Assembly (NCBI GenBank): GCA_963729625.1 | Contig: CAVSOU010000008.1 | Location: forward strand, 256,001 to 320,000 | Direction of reading: 5' to 3' | DNA length: 64,000 nt | From: an uncultured bacterium | Lineage (GTDB): Bacteria; Chloroflexota; UBA5177; JANWHV01 | Part shown: positions 47,768 through 58,592 of the stretch, in pieces | Position numbering within the stretch: the stretch's first letter is position 1 | Layout of the letters: each line of letters starts with the position of its first letter | Notes under the pieces: model-generated | What the model was told of the DNA's origin: nothing | The model's database searches: none | Seen by the model: only the letters and a program-made list of their open reading frames with translations | Program-made: the position numbers and the translations under genes

Positions 47768-48099
47768 CAGCAGCGCAACGCGGCGGGGGCGCGCCATGCC
47801 GTCCGGCACTCCGGCACCGAACAGGTACGGGCTGGTGAGCGGCCACGGCTCCAGCGCGGCATCGGCCGGGTCGGCCGGGGGATTGGCGAACTGCGCGTCT
47901 ACCATCTGGGTCATCAGTGGCGGCAGCCAGGCCCGCGCCCAGGACATATCTTGCTTGCTCATGGTGTGCTTCTCTCCTGCTCTGCTCCACTACGTTCGCC
48001 AGGTTTCCTTGATGAGTATCAGTCTGCGCCTGGACGCCTGTGCCTACCACGCAGACCAGCAGTATTGGCCGCAGGATTAGCGACGGTCCGCTAGTTATG

Positions 48100-48336
48100 C
48101 GGGTCGCGCCTGTAGCGGTCGGCCCGTCCGAGAGCGCGTTGCGGGCGCGCTTTGGCGTCAAGGGTGAACGCCCGCACGACCCGGCGGTGCTCTGCGGGCT
48201 GCTGCTCTACGGCTACACGCGCAGCCTGTTCAGTCAACGCAAGCTGCAGCGGGCGACCTACGAGGATGTGGCGTACCGCTTTGTGGCGGGAGACCCGCGT
48301 CCGGACGACGACGCGCTAGCCCACGTCCGCGAGTGA
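48100..48336 (+). pseudogene. IS1182-family transposase fragment
   Basis: PHDPAVLCGLLLYGY...SQRKLQRATYEDVAYRFVAG..PD is a DUF772-type N-terminal domain; truncated. Confidence 0.75.
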
Positions 48337-48789
48337 CTTGCGCCCATACCGCTCGCGGATGCGCGTCAGGCTGGAGTGGTCGGGCAGCGGCTCGTCCAGG
48401 TCATAGCCGACGTACCAACGCGCCCCGAGCCGATCCGCCACCAAGCGCAGCAACTGCCGCTCGGACCGAATACCCTCGAAAAACATGACCAGCTCAAGCT
48501 TGAAGAAGACGATCGGGTCGATGCTCGGTCGGCCCGCCACAGCGTAGTAGAGCGCCACCAGCGTGCGGACGAATGTCAGGTCCAGCACCCGATCCAACTG
48601 GCGATAGAAGTGGTCGCGCGGCACCAACTGCTCTAGCGTCAGGTGCTCGATCGGCGCGAACTCCCGTGCTTTGAACCCCATCATCTGCCCGCCTCCTGCC
48701 CACCGACCCCAACCGTCGTACGCTCCAGATTGGAGTACGCCGGCATAGGGATCAAGCAGGCCGGGCAGTACCGGCTTTTCAACAGGCTG
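48316..48789 (-). mobile_element. IS1182-family remnant: terminal repeat plus truncated transposase (start 48684)
   Basis: LEQLVPRDHFYR...GRPSIDP...SERQL...LPDHSSLTRIRERYG; CAGCCTGTTGAAAAG end sequence at 48789-48775. Confidence 0.8.
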
Positions 48790-49194
48790 CGCCGATGTCT
48801 CGCATTTCGTGGCCATGACACGGCGCTCGTCGGCGCGGCGGTCTGAGCCGGCGGGGTAGCCTTGGTCGACGCCGCTGCAGTGGGCGTAATCGAGGTGCCT
48901 GGGAACGGCGCTGCCTGGAGTGCGTCGTGGCCGCCCCGGCAACGGTGCGGTCGGCTGTTCATGGGCAGGGCGCAGGTTCGGCCGTATAATCGAGGCGTAG
49001 TGGATGCGCTGACCTGCAGCCCGAGAAAGGGTCCGGGGCCTCCAGCACCGCGAGCGGCGATGACCGCTCCGCTCTTGCTGACGCCGGCCTTTGCCTGGAC
49101 ACCCCTGGACTGCGGCGAGCAACTGGTGAACCTGGCCACGATGGAAGTGTCGTGCGCCGGGTTTGTTCCGCTTGGCGCAGGAAGGGGCATCCTC

Positions 49195-50525
49195 ATGAAA
49201 CGGCTCATGGCGCGCAGTCTCATCCTGGTCTTTGCCCTCCTGGCATCCCTGGCCGTTCCCGCTTCCCACGCCGGCCCCACCCGTGCCGCCATCTCGGCGT
49301 CCGCTGGGAACTTACAGCTCACGGTCAGCCCCAAGACCTCAGCCGCGGACACACCGCTCACGATCCGGATCAGTGGGCTGCGGCCAGGTGCGCGCGTCAC
49401 GCTTTCGGTCGCCTCGGTGGACGCGGCCGCCATCACGTGGGGTTTCACGTCTACGTACACGGCCAGTTCAGCGGGGATCGTGGACCCGGCCACCGCGACA
49501 GCAAAAGGCGGCGTGTCGGCGTACGACGGTACCGACGCCATGGGTCCCGTGGACTTCATGGGATCGGCTGCCCCATTCACGTCGGGCACCGGCCCGATGT
49601 GGCCGTTCGGCCTGCCGAGCAGCTTCTGGACGAGCGCGCATGCGTGGACCAGTTGCTCGCTCCGCCTGCAGGGCCAGCACGGCTGCGTGTGGTCCAAGCC
49701 CCTCAGCTTCACGTTCACCGCGACGAGCGGCGGGGCACGCGCCTCGGTGACGATCCAGCACGGACCCGCGCTCCCGGTGACGGCGACCTACGAGTGCCCT
49801 GCGGCCACCGGCTTCTACGGCGTGTTCTGGCAGCCTCCCGCCGGCCAGGACAACCATGTCGGCATCGTGGCGTTCGGCGGCAACGACGGCAGGCATAAAC
49901 CTCCCGGCCGGCGCCATGCTTGCCTCGCGCGGCTATTCCACCCTGGACCTCGCCTTGTGCGACGCGCCGGGCCTCCCCCAGCACTGCACGGGGCACGTCA
50001 GCCTGGAGTACTTCGCCAAGGCGCTCCGCTGGCTCGGGCGCCAACAAGGCATCGATCCCAACCGTCTTTGGGTCATGGGCGCCTCGACGGGCAGCGAGGC
50101 GGCCCTCTTGCTGGGCGTCCACTACCCTAACCTGGTGCACGGGGTGGTCGCCCTGTCATCCGACGACGCGGCCGAGTGCACCATTTGGACCTTCGGGGGC
50201 CAGTCGGTGCCCTGCACTGGCCTCATACCAGTGGCGAAGGTCCAGGGGCCTGTGTTCCAGGACTGCGGGGAGTACGACTCCTCGGGGACAGACCTGCGAC
50301 CATGCCAGGACAGCCATGGCCGTGCTTGCCGCCAGTCACGACCGCTACGCGCATGAGCTACTCGACTACCCCGATGCCGGCCACGGCATCTGCGACCTGC
50401 TGCCCTACTACCCCGGTGTTGCTGCCGTCGACGCCGCGTGGTTCATCAGCGGTACCAGCGAGGTAGCAAACCCGCTCGCGCGTGCCGCCCAGTGGCCAAA
50501 GCTGCTTGCCTTCCTTCGCGATTGA
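49195..50525 (+). pseudogene. Secreted acyl-CoA thioesterase/BAAT-family alpha/beta hydrolase, two frameshifts
   Basis: Signal peptide, IRISGLRPG, LASRGY, LEYFAKALRWL, GASTGSE nucleophile and YPDAGHG spread over three frames (shifts near 49891 and 50288). Confidence 0.75.
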
Positions 50526-50707
50526 CCTTTGATTGCCATCGATCCTGCAGGGCCTACGCGTTCCCGGCCGGTTCTGACAGTCCAGCCGAGCTCACTTGCT
50601 GCTGGTGCAAGGCAGCGCCGGCCAAAAGCGGCAGCGCTGGGCTGACGAGCCCGGTGGTGGGCCGTCCCATAGCTTCCCAGGGCGATGGGACGGCCTACCC
50701 GACTCAG

Positions 50708-51221
50708 TCAGTCGCCGATGGCGACGGCCTGCACGTCGACCGTCCGTGCATGGCTGCTAATCCCGCGCACCATCAGGATCGCAACGTAGTCACCGGGCGT
50801 CCCCTCGACGCGGACCGAGCACGAACACTTTACGGTCACATCGCGGTACATGTAGTCGTCGGTCGCTGTGGCAATCACCAGTGGCGCACGGTCGCCCGTG
50901 AACTGGGGGCCGAGGTGCCACGCATGTTCGGCCCAGTACACACCTCTACTGCGCATGACCGTCGGCGCGATGCGCAGGATGGCTACCGGCCGGTCCGCGC
51001 CCTGTGGGCCGGCTGAGGCTGATGCGACCGGCGTATGCGTCAAGAGCGAACCTCCGGCCAGCGCCCCCAGCAGCCCCGCACTGCCGGCCAATAGCTAGGC
51101 GGCGGCTGGTGCCACCGGCAAGTGAACGACCCAGCACCTGTCGGTGCATTCCGGCATTCTCCCTCTCCAGCGCCTCGACCCGGCGCTGCAACACGGCTAC
51201 GGCCTCGTGGAGCGTACTCAT
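50708..51221 (-). pseudogene. Hypothetical protein with a twin-arginine-like motif, frameshift near 51095
   Basis: MSTLHEAVAVLQRRVEALERE...SRR continues as LLAGSAGLLGALAGG in the adjacent frame. Confidence 0.45.
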
Positions 51222-51241
51222 GCTCTGATTCTCCCCGCCGG

Positions 51242-51778
51242 TCACTGGATGACCGCCGTCGCCGTGTCCACAACATTCTTCACCCTGTTCCAGCCTGCGA
51301 AAGCCGGTTTGGCGACGTAGCTGCCATCGGCATTTTGCTTGGAATAGGTAATATCCAAGCCGCCATACTCAAAGGTAATCACCTCTCCGGGGCCTTCATC
51401 GCTCTGGGTCCAACTGATTGTGCGCACGGCGACCAGCTTGAACGTGAAGATCAGATAGTCCTGCCCGGCGCTCGTCAGGCTGGAGGCGCCGGAAGCTTTG
51501 CGGAGAGCCAGATCGACGGACTTGAACGGTGTACCGGAGCAGCACATATGAAAGAAAATCGGCGAGTTGACATCCACTTTTCGCGTAATGGAGAAGGGGT
51601 TGAACGTGACCTTCCCCGCGCCCGCACCCGCACTGGCCGAGCCGATATTGAGGATCTGCTCGATGTCAAAGCTGTAGTCGGCTACCTCGGACCATCCTGG
51701 GTGTACGGTGTTCTGCGACTCAGACGTGAGGGTGGTGTCATCATAACGAGTGAAGTTGATATACGCATCGACCGCCAT
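51242..51778 (-). CDS. hcp: Hcp-family type VI secretion tube protein (orphan)
   Basis: MAVDAYI, GKVTFNPFSITRKVDVNSP, EVITFEYG, YSKQNADG, GWN. Confidence 0.9.
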   Translation of the reverse strand: MAVDAYINFTRYDDTTLTSESQNTVHPGWSEVADYSFDIEQILNIGSASAGAGAGKVTFNPFSITRKVDVNSPIFFHMCCSGTPFKSVDLALRKASGASSLTSAGQDYLIFTFKLVAVRTISWTQSDEGPGEVITFEYGGLDITYSKQNADGSYVAKPAFAGWNRVKNVVDTATAVIQ

Positions 51779-52146
51779 GGGTAGCTCCTTCTCCTGCTAC
51801 AGCACGCAACACGATGTTCGGACTTCCAGCATCCTGCACTAGTAATTTGCCTGAAGTTGTTCCACGTCATGCCACTCCAACGAGGGCAGCCACTCGTCGG
51901 ACCGTTGCGCTGCGCTGTCCACCGCCGCTGCTGGAGTGTCCCGCTCATCGAGACGACCGGGCCAGTACTTCGGTGTCGACGTCTGCATCAGAGGATTCAT
52001 TCCACCTTGATCGCCGCAATTCACACGAACCGCCAAAAGGTCCTGCCGCCTGCATCTGGTGAGCGGGCTCATCTTGTGCTACACTGGCGCCGTCTTGGGA
52101 AACAGTTCGCCAGGCACACCGGTCAGAACGGTCGGGGACACAAGCA

Positions 52147-55100
52147 ATGGTCTCGACGTTGCCGCCGCCGGGGGCTCATATCACGTATAGCCGCCAGTTT
52201 CGCCGGTGCGGCAAGTCGGCGTGCGCTACCTGCCGCGAAGGCGCCGGCCATGGGCCGTACATGTACGCCATCTGGCGAGAGGGTGGCAAAGTGCGCCGCC
52301 GCTACCTTGGCGCCGTTGCACCGGCGGAGACCGCGCCCGTGCCCGCGGCCACCCAAACCGTGCCGCTCCGCGTCCGCACGCTCGGCGGTTTTACCGTGTG
52401 GTTGGCAGGGCGGTTGCTCCCGCCAGAGCCCTGGAAGCGAAGGAAGGCAGGCAGCCTTTTCAAAGCGCTGATCGGCGCCTCCGGTTATACCCTGGCGCGC
52501 GAGCAGCTGCTCGAGCTCCTCTGGCCCGAGGCAGATCCTGCCTCCGCCAACCGCAACCTCTATAGCGCGCTGCATGCTGTGCGCGGCATCCTGGGCGACG
52601 CCGGGCGCTTGCTGTCGCTGGAGGACGACGTGCTGCGTCTATCGACTCCTGCCGGCACGGACTGGCTCGACGCATACGCATTCGAGAGCCGAGCCCGCGT
52701 CGCGCTTGCCGAGCGGGACGCGGAGCAGTGCCGGCAGGCTCTTGCTCTGTACCTTGGCGACTACCTGCCCGACGACCCTTACGCGGAGTGGGTGCTCGCT
52801 CGCCGCGACAGCCTGCGAGACCTGTATCTCGCCCTGCTCGTGCATCTCGCCGATATGTGCGGCTCCCAGGGAGAGTTCGCCGAAGCCGAGCAATGTCTGG
52901 GGAAGGTCCTTGCTCAGGACTCCTGCAATGAAGAAGCGACGGCGCGCCTGATGGGGTTGCTTGCAGCGGCAGGCCGGCGTACCGACGCGCTCCGAGTGTA
53001 TGAGGAGCTGACGGCCAGTCTCGCTCGCGATCTCGGCGTTTCGCCTTCGCGCGATCTCGTCGCACTGCGTGCCCGCCTTCTCGCTCAGGAAGCCGTGCCC
53101 GTGCCGTCCGCGCGTCCACCACGGGACACGACGCCCCCACGTCTCACAAACTTGCCCGTCACGCTCACCAGCTTCGTCGGTCGCGGGCGCGAGCAAAGGG
53201 CGATCCGGAAGATGCTGGCTGAAACCAGGCTCCTCACTCTCACCGGCGCGGGCGGCTGCGGCAAGACCCGCCTGGCCCTGCGAACGGCCGATCAGCTGGT
53301 TGATGCGTATGCCGACGGCGTGTGGCTTGTTGAGCTGGCAGCGCTGACTGCGGAGAACGGCGATCGTAACCAGGTGGCACGCGCCATTGCCGCAACGCTC
53401 GGCGTAAAGGAAGAGTCCTCGCGTTCGCTCGCCGCGACGCTCACCGCGTTCCTGGCTCCACGCAGTCTGCTCCTGATCCTCGACAATTGCGAGCATCTCC
53501 TCTCGTTCTGCGCCACATTGGCTGCCACACTCCTGGCCAGCAGCCCGCGTCTGAAGATCCTGGCAACCAGCCGCGAACGCCTCGTCGTACCAGGCGAGGC
53601 GCTCTTTCACGTCGAATCGCTCAGCATTCCGCCACGCGATGCTCCGGACCACACGATCGCCGGCTATGAAGCGGTCGCGCTCTTCCTTGTGCGCGCCCGC
53701 GCCGCATCGGCAGAAGACCTCTCCAACGCCGCATCCCGTCGTACAGTGGCGCACATCTGCCGCACGCTGGACGGTATTCCCCTGGCGATCGAGCTTGCTG
53801 CCGCGCGGGCCAACGTCTACCCAGTGCAGGCCCTCGCCACTCGACTTGACGACTGCTTCCGCCTGTTGACCGGAGGCCCACGCACGGCCTTGCCGCGGCA
53901 GCGAACTCTCCGCGCCACGCTGGACTGGAGCTACATGCTGCTCACTGAGCCGGAGCGGATACTTCTGCGTCGCCTGTCGGTCTTCGCCGGTGGCTGGACG
54001 CTCGATGCAGCCGAGGCAGTTTGCGCTATGACCCCGAAGCAGCGAGGCGGCGCGCCCGGCGTGGCGCCGGATGCCGTGCTCGACCTCACCGGCAGCCTTG
54101 TCGGCAAGTCGCTCGTGCACATTGAGGCGCGCAGTGGCGAAGCGCACTATCGCCTCCTCGAGCCGGTACGCCAATACGCGCGCGCGCTCTGCATGGCCAC
54201 GGATGAGCTATCGATGCTGCGCGACCGGCACCTGGACTGGTACCTTGCCCTGGCCGAGCGCGCCGAGCCTCGTCTCTGGGGTGGCCCCGAACAGGCCGCC
54301 TGGCTTGCCCGGCTAGAAAGCGAGCAAGAAGACTGCCGGGCGGCCCTCCGTTGGGCCGTCGAGCAGCGAAGGCTCGACTCCGGCTTAAGGCTTGCCGGCG
54401 CTCTGCGGCGATTCTGGGATGTCCGAGGCTACGCCGGCGAAGGCGCCGAGTGGTTGGAGACGCTGCTGGAGATGGACGCCGCGACCGGCGTCGGCACGCC
54501 GGCAGCGCGTGCCAAAGCGCTGGTCGGCAGCGCGATTCTCGCGTATACCCTCAATCACTACGATCGCGCGATGACGCGAGCCGATCAGGGCCGCATACTC
54601 TGCCATGAGCTTGGCAACCTGGAGGGGGTCGCCGATAGTCTCAATGTGCTCGGCATGATCGCCAGCGATAAGGAGGATCTCGACGGCGCCAGGAAGCTCT
54701 ACGACGAGGCGCTTGCGCTTTATCGGTCGCTCGGCTCCAAGCGGCGCATCGCCGCAATACTCTGTAATCTCGGCAATATCGCCTATTTTCGCGGCGAATA
54801 CAATCGCGCGATCGAGATGTACGCAGACGCTCTGGATGTGTTCCGCGCCACGGGCGATGCGGTGGCTCTGGCAGCCACGCTTTCCAACACGGGCGCCGCG
54901 CATAGAGAGCTGGGTCACTTCGATCTGGCCACGCAGGCGCTGGAAGAGAGCTTGCGCTTCGCGCGTCGGTCCAGTGCGGCTGTTGAGACAGCACATGTTC
55001 TCAACAACCTGGGCGACGTCGCGTTTCGCGGGGGGCATTACGCTCGCTCAGCTGAACTCATGCGCCAAAGCGCCGAACAGTTTCAGCGCTGTGGCGATAG

Positions 55101-55365
55101 GCGCAACGCGATGGCCTCCCTGGTGGTTCTCTCCGAGGCCTTGATCGGCTTGCACCAGCACGAGCGCGCCGCGTGCCTCACAGGGGCAGTTGCAGCGCAG
55201 TGCGAGGCGCTCGGCATCAGCGCCACCGGCTCCGAATGGAGCGGACTGCAGCGAACGATGGACGCCGCCGCGGATGAGCTGGGCGAGCGGCAAGCGTCTG
55301 TGGCCCGCTCGAGAGGAGGGCAGCTCACGCTCGAGCAAGCTGTTCTCCTCGCACCCGAACTGTAG
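52147..55365 (+). CDS. DUF6788-like Zn domain / SARP-BTAD / NB-ARC-like ATPase / TPR regulator
   Basis: RRCGKSACATC...HGPY; LRVRTLGGF; BTAD; TSFVGR, GAGGCGKTRLA, LDNCEH, LDGIPLAIELAA; TPR repeats. Confidence 0.9.
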   Translation: MVSTLPPPGAHITYSRQFRRCGKSACATCREGAGHGPYMYAIWREGGKVRRRYLGAVAPAETAPVPAATQTVPLRVRTLGGFTVWLAGRLLPPEPWKRRKAGSLFKALIGASGYTLAREQLLELLWPEADPASANRNLYSALHAVRGILGDAGRLLSLEDDVLRLSTPAGTDWLDAYAFESRARVALAERDAEQCRQALALYLGDYLPDDPYAEWVLARRDSLRDLYLALLVHLADMCGSQGEFAEAEQCLGKVLAQDSCNEEATARLMGLLAAAGRRTDALRVYEELTASLARDLGVSPSRDLVALRARLLAQEAVPVPSARPPRDTTPPRLTNLPVTLTSFVGRGREQRAIRKMLAETRLLTLTGAGGCGKTRLALRTADQLVDAYADGVWLVELAALTAENGDRNQVARAIAATLGVKEESSRSLAATLTAFLAPRSLLLILDNCEHLLSFCATLAATLLASSPRLKILATSRERLVVPGEALFHVESLSIPPRDAPDHTIAGYEAVALFLVRARAASAEDLSNAASRRTVAHICRTLDGIPLAIELAAARANVYPVQALATRLDDCFRLLTGGPRTALPRQRTLRATLDWSYMLLTEPERILLRRLSVFAGGWTLDAAEAVCAMTPKQRGGAPGVAPDAVLDLTGSLVGKSLVHIEARSGEAHYRLLEPVRQYARALCMATDELSMLRDRHLDWYLALAERAEPRLWGGPEQAAWLARLESEQEDCRAALRWAVEQRRLDSGLRLAGALRRFWDVRGYAGEGAEWLETLLEMDAATGVGTPAARAKALVGSAILAYTLNHYDRAMTRADQGRILCHELGNLEGVADSLNVLGMIASDKEDLDGARKLYDEALALYRSLGSKRRIAAILCNLGNIAYFRGEYNRAIEMYADALDVFRATGDAVALAATLSNTGAAHRELGHFDLATQALEESLRFARRSSAAVETAHVLNNLGDVAFRGGHYARSAELMRQSAEQFQRCGDRRNAMASLVVLSEALIGLHQHERAACLTGAVAAQCEALGISATGSEWSGLQRTMDAAADELGERQASVARSRGGQLTLEQAVLLAPEL

Positions 55366-55597
55366 CCTGGGATCGTGTAGCTACCAGGCGCATCGCGAAC
55401 CCCCCCCCCTCGCCCCTCACCAGACTGTTGACAGTACGCGATCGTGCTGCTATTCCAGGATGGGTTCGGCAGCCATTCGTCCCAGCCGCAACAGGGGATT
55501 GTGGCATTGTGGTCCGGTAGAGTACGAATGATGGTGGCATTCCTCGCCTCAGCCGGCGCTCAACTCGAGCCGAGAACGCCCAGAAAGGACCGCCTCC

Positions 55598-57460
55598 ATG
55601 AAAAGCGGCTTGCTGCGAATTGTCCTTGTGACGATCGTCGTCCTTGTGATCGCGCTACCTGAGAGCGTGCTGCGTCCTGGTTCGGCGCCCCAGGCGCACG
55701 CTACTGCCCTCCCGAGCGGGTTGCCGGGCCACTTCGGCATCGGCGTCACGGCCGCCCCAGATAGTACCGGCCTCACCGGCTGGATGCCGAATTCAGGAAT
55801 CGCCTGGGACTATGCGTATACCTACCTCGCCGGAGGCGTCAACACGGGGAGTGGGTGGGAGACCTGGAACACCAGCGGACAGTACCCGCTGTGGTATGCA
55901 CAGAGCGCCACTTCTCACCACTACATCCCCTTCTTCCCCTACTACGATCTGCTGCAAAGCAATGGCGCCTGCGGTGGTTGCGGCGAGAGCCAACGGGACC
56001 TCTCCAATGTGAACAATGCCGGCCTGATGGCAAGTTACTTCCAGAACTTCGCGCTGCTGATGAAGCGGCTGGGATCGGGTACCTACGATGGCATTGCCGG
56101 CTTCGGCAAGACGGCAATCGTGCAGATTGAGCCCGATTTCACCGGCGGCTACGCCATGCAGGCAGTCCTCAATAACGGCCTCTGCTACGGCTACTGTACA
56201 GGCCAGGGGAACAACCCCGCATTCCTGAAAGCGTCTGTCGCCAGTTCCGGAGACGCGGATGTCGCGGCCTATCCCAACACGTTCCAGGGCTTCAACTGGG
56301 CGCTCCTGCACCTGCGCGACCTCTATGCGCCGAACGTGCTGCTGGCATTCCACGTCAGCAGCTGGGGCACGATGCACGACGTCGGCAGCGATTCGAGCAC
56401 CTCGCTCGATGCCAACGCGCTCGGGCAGGAGGCCGGCAGCTTCGCGGCACAAAGCGGCATCACCGGAGTGCCGACCGGCACCGGTACGTATGATCTGCTC
56501 ACCAACGACGTGCTCGACCGCGACGCCGGGTACTACAAGTACGTGTATGGCAACTCCTCCGTCTGGTGGGATCGCCTCAATGTCACCTTCCCCAACTTCC
56601 ACCGCTGGGAGACCTACATCGATGCCGCGCATCTGGCGGCAGGGCGCTCGTTCCTCATCTGGCAGATTCCGGAAGGCAACCAGTACTTCGACACCGAGAA
56701 CAACACCGACGGCCACTATCAGGACAATCGCGCTGAATACTTCTTCGCGCATATCGGCGAGCTGGCGCAGTCCGGCATCATTGGATTGCTGTTCGGGGCC
56801 GGTAACGGCGGCAGCACGGTCCATTGGGACGGCAAGAACGACGGCATTACCAACCCGGCGAGCTTCTGCACGAGCGACGGCATGAGCAGCGGTCAGATCT
56901 GCAACAACCACACCAGCTCGGTGTCGGATGACGACGGCGGTTATCTGCGTATGCAGGCGCAGCTATACTATGCCGGCGGCGGCTATGCGCTCGGCGGCTC
57001 AACACCGACGGACACGCCTACCGCGACAGCCACAACGGTTCCGCCGACGTCTACTACCACGCCCGTGCGACCAACTGCTACCGGCACGCGAGTTGCGCCG
57101 CCGACTGCGAGCGCCACGCCCGCCACGATCCGGGTTACCGTCACAAGCTCCTCGGCTGCTCCGCAACGAGTCGCCCGCGGCAGTACCGAGCGACTTACCG
57201 CGACCATACAGACGAATGTCCGGCTCGGCGGCTCGATTGTCGACTACGAGATCTACAGTGCTTCGGGAGCCAAAGTGTTCCAGTGGTTCGCCACGGGGAA
57301 GACCTTCGCGGCCAATACGCCACGCACGTTCAGCGCCTCGTGGCACGTCCCTTCGAGCCAGGCAACCGGTACCTATACATTCAAAATCGGGATCTTCGGC
57401 TCCGGTTGGGCGCCGATGTACCTCTGGAATAATGGGGCCGCGACATTCACCGTAGCATAA
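55598..57460 (+). CDS. Secreted putative glycoside hydrolase-like protein with a Pro/Thr linker and C-terminal Ig-like domain
   Basis: Signal peptide, aromatic-rich barrel-like domain with IEPD, PT linker, GTYTFKIGIFGSGW domain. Confidence 0.65.
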   Translation: MKSGLLRIVLVTIVVLVIALPESVLRPGSAPQAHATALPSGLPGHFGIGVTAAPDSTGLTGWMPNSGIAWDYAYTYLAGGVNTGSGWETWNTSGQYPLWYAQSATSHHYIPFFPYYDLLQSNGACGGCGESQRDLSNVNNAGLMASYFQNFALLMKRLGSGTYDGIAGFGKTAIVQIEPDFTGGYAMQAVLNNGLCYGYCTGQGNNPAFLKASVASSGDADVAAYPNTFQGFNWALLHLRDLYAPNVLLAFHVSSWGTMHDVGSDSSTSLDANALGQEAGSFAAQSGITGVPTGTGTYDLLTNDVLDRDAGYYKYVYGNSSVWWDRLNVTFPNFHRWETYIDAAHLAAGRSFLIWQIPEGNQYFDTENNTDGHYQDNRAEYFFAHIGELAQSGIIGLLFGAGNGGSTVHWDGKNDGITNPASFCTSDGMSSGQICNNHTSSVSDDDGGYLRMQAQLYYAGGGYALGGSTPTDTPTATATTVPPTSTTTPVRPTATGTRVAPPTASATPATIRVTVTSSSAAPQRVARGSTERLTATIQTNVRLGGSIVDYEIYSASGAKVFQWFATGKTFAANTPRTFSASWHVPSSQATGTYTFKIGIFGSGWAPMYLWNNGAATFTVA

Positions 57461-57566
57461 CACAGCGACATCGCGGCCTGACCACGACTACTTCATGGTC
57501 CGCGGACCTCTACCACGCATGAAAACCGTCCGAGAACCAGCCGGCCGCGGCCGGTGTATTGCGCAG

Positions 57567-57583
57567 CCCACAAGAGTGGGTGG
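57567..57583. repeat. Isolated REP-like palindrome
   Basis: CCCACAAGAGTGGGTGG between convergent genes. Confidence 0.65.
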
Positions 57584-57621
57584 TCCTGCCATACTGCCGC
57601 AGCTGGACGTCCATATTCACG

Positions 57622-58251
57622 TTAGCGCGATTGGACTCCCCATCCAACGCGCCCCAGTAGCTCCCGGCCGCTCACCATGGTCATCGCCACAAGCATGATC
57701 TTGGCGAGGTCGCCCGGGACATAAGGCCAGAGCCCAAGAGCGGCCGCCCGGCCCGGACCCACGTGAAGGAACACGGCAAGCCACGTCACGCCGCCGACAA
57801 ACACCACGGCGTCCGCCAGGAGCAGCACGAAGAGCGCCAACGCCACTGGATTCGGCTTGCCAACGCGATCGACGAGCGCGCCTGCCACAAACGCGGCGGC
57901 GGGAAAGGCCCAGAGATAGCCGGCAGTGGCGCCGGCAAGCACGGCCGGACCGCTCATGCCCCCGGCAAAGACCGGCAAGCCGGCCGCGCCCTCGCCAAGG
58001 TAGCAAAGCATCGCAAGGCCTCCGCCCCGCATACCCAGCACCGCGCCGGTGAGCAGGACGGCCAGGGTCTGCCCGGTGATCGGTACCGGGCTGAACGGTA
58101 GCTGGACGCTTATCTGCGCGCAAACGGCCGTGAAAATGCTGCCTGCAAGAGCCAGCATGATAGCAGGCACGATGCCTGCACGCGGCAGCAGCCGCTTCCG
58201 GGTGAGCGCGGAGGTGAGCATCGTCGGCATGATCGCTGTCTTCTCCTTCAT
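57622..58251 (-). CDS. bioY: Biotin transporter BioY
   Basis: PFSPVPITGQTLAVLL, YLGEGAAGLPVFAGG, TAGYL, PGDLAK. Confidence 0.93.
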   Translation of the reverse strand: MKEKTAIMPTMLTSALTRKRLLPRAGIVPAIMLALAGSIFTAVCAQISVQLPFSPVPITGQTLAVLLTGAVLGMRGGGLAMLCYLGEGAAGLPVFAGGMSGPAVLAGATAGYLWAFPAAAFVAGALVDRVGKPNPVALALFVLLLADAVVFVGGVTWLAVFLHVGPGRAAALGLWPYVPGDLAKIMLVAMTMVSGRELLGRVGWGVQSR

Positions 58252-58499
58252 ACGAGGGGCCCGCGGGCGCCTGAAATACTGGAGGCCGGAACTGGAAATT
58301 CATTGGCAGCATAGCCGACCTGCGGCTGGCTGACCAGGTCACCCGTGCGGGCAGACGCGCCGCTGCCGTGGCGATCCGTTAGCCTCGAATCGGGTACCAC
58401 AGTGCGGGAGGCGGTGCCCGCTGGTCTGCGGCCTCACCGCCAGGCTTCCTTCTCGCGAAGCCATCAGCCTGGAACCTGACATAGAAGGAGAATCCCGCG

Positions 58500-58592
58500 A
58501 TGGGCCAGACCATGTCCTACGATGTAGCGATCATTGGCGCCGGGCAGGCTGGGGGCCCACTTTCCACCGCCTTCGCCAGGGCCGGACGGCGC
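58500..58592 (+). pseudogene. 5' fragment of a pyridine nucleotide-disulfide oxidoreductase
   Basis: AAGGAG RBS; YDVAIIGAGQAGGPLSTAFARAGRR FAD-binding motif, then similarity stops. Confidence 0.7.

Noticed and set aside
47711-47962. Small minus-strand ORF with an RBS
   Set aside because: Overlaps the STAND gene end and has no recognisable motif; insufficient support.
49195-51221. Programmed frameshifting in the BAAT-like and Tat-like genes
   Set aside because: No slippery heptamers seen; decay next to IS remnants or sequencing indels is simpler.
51242-51778. A type VI secretion locus
   Set aside because: Only hcp is present; no sheath, baseplate, VgrG or membrane complex genes in the window.
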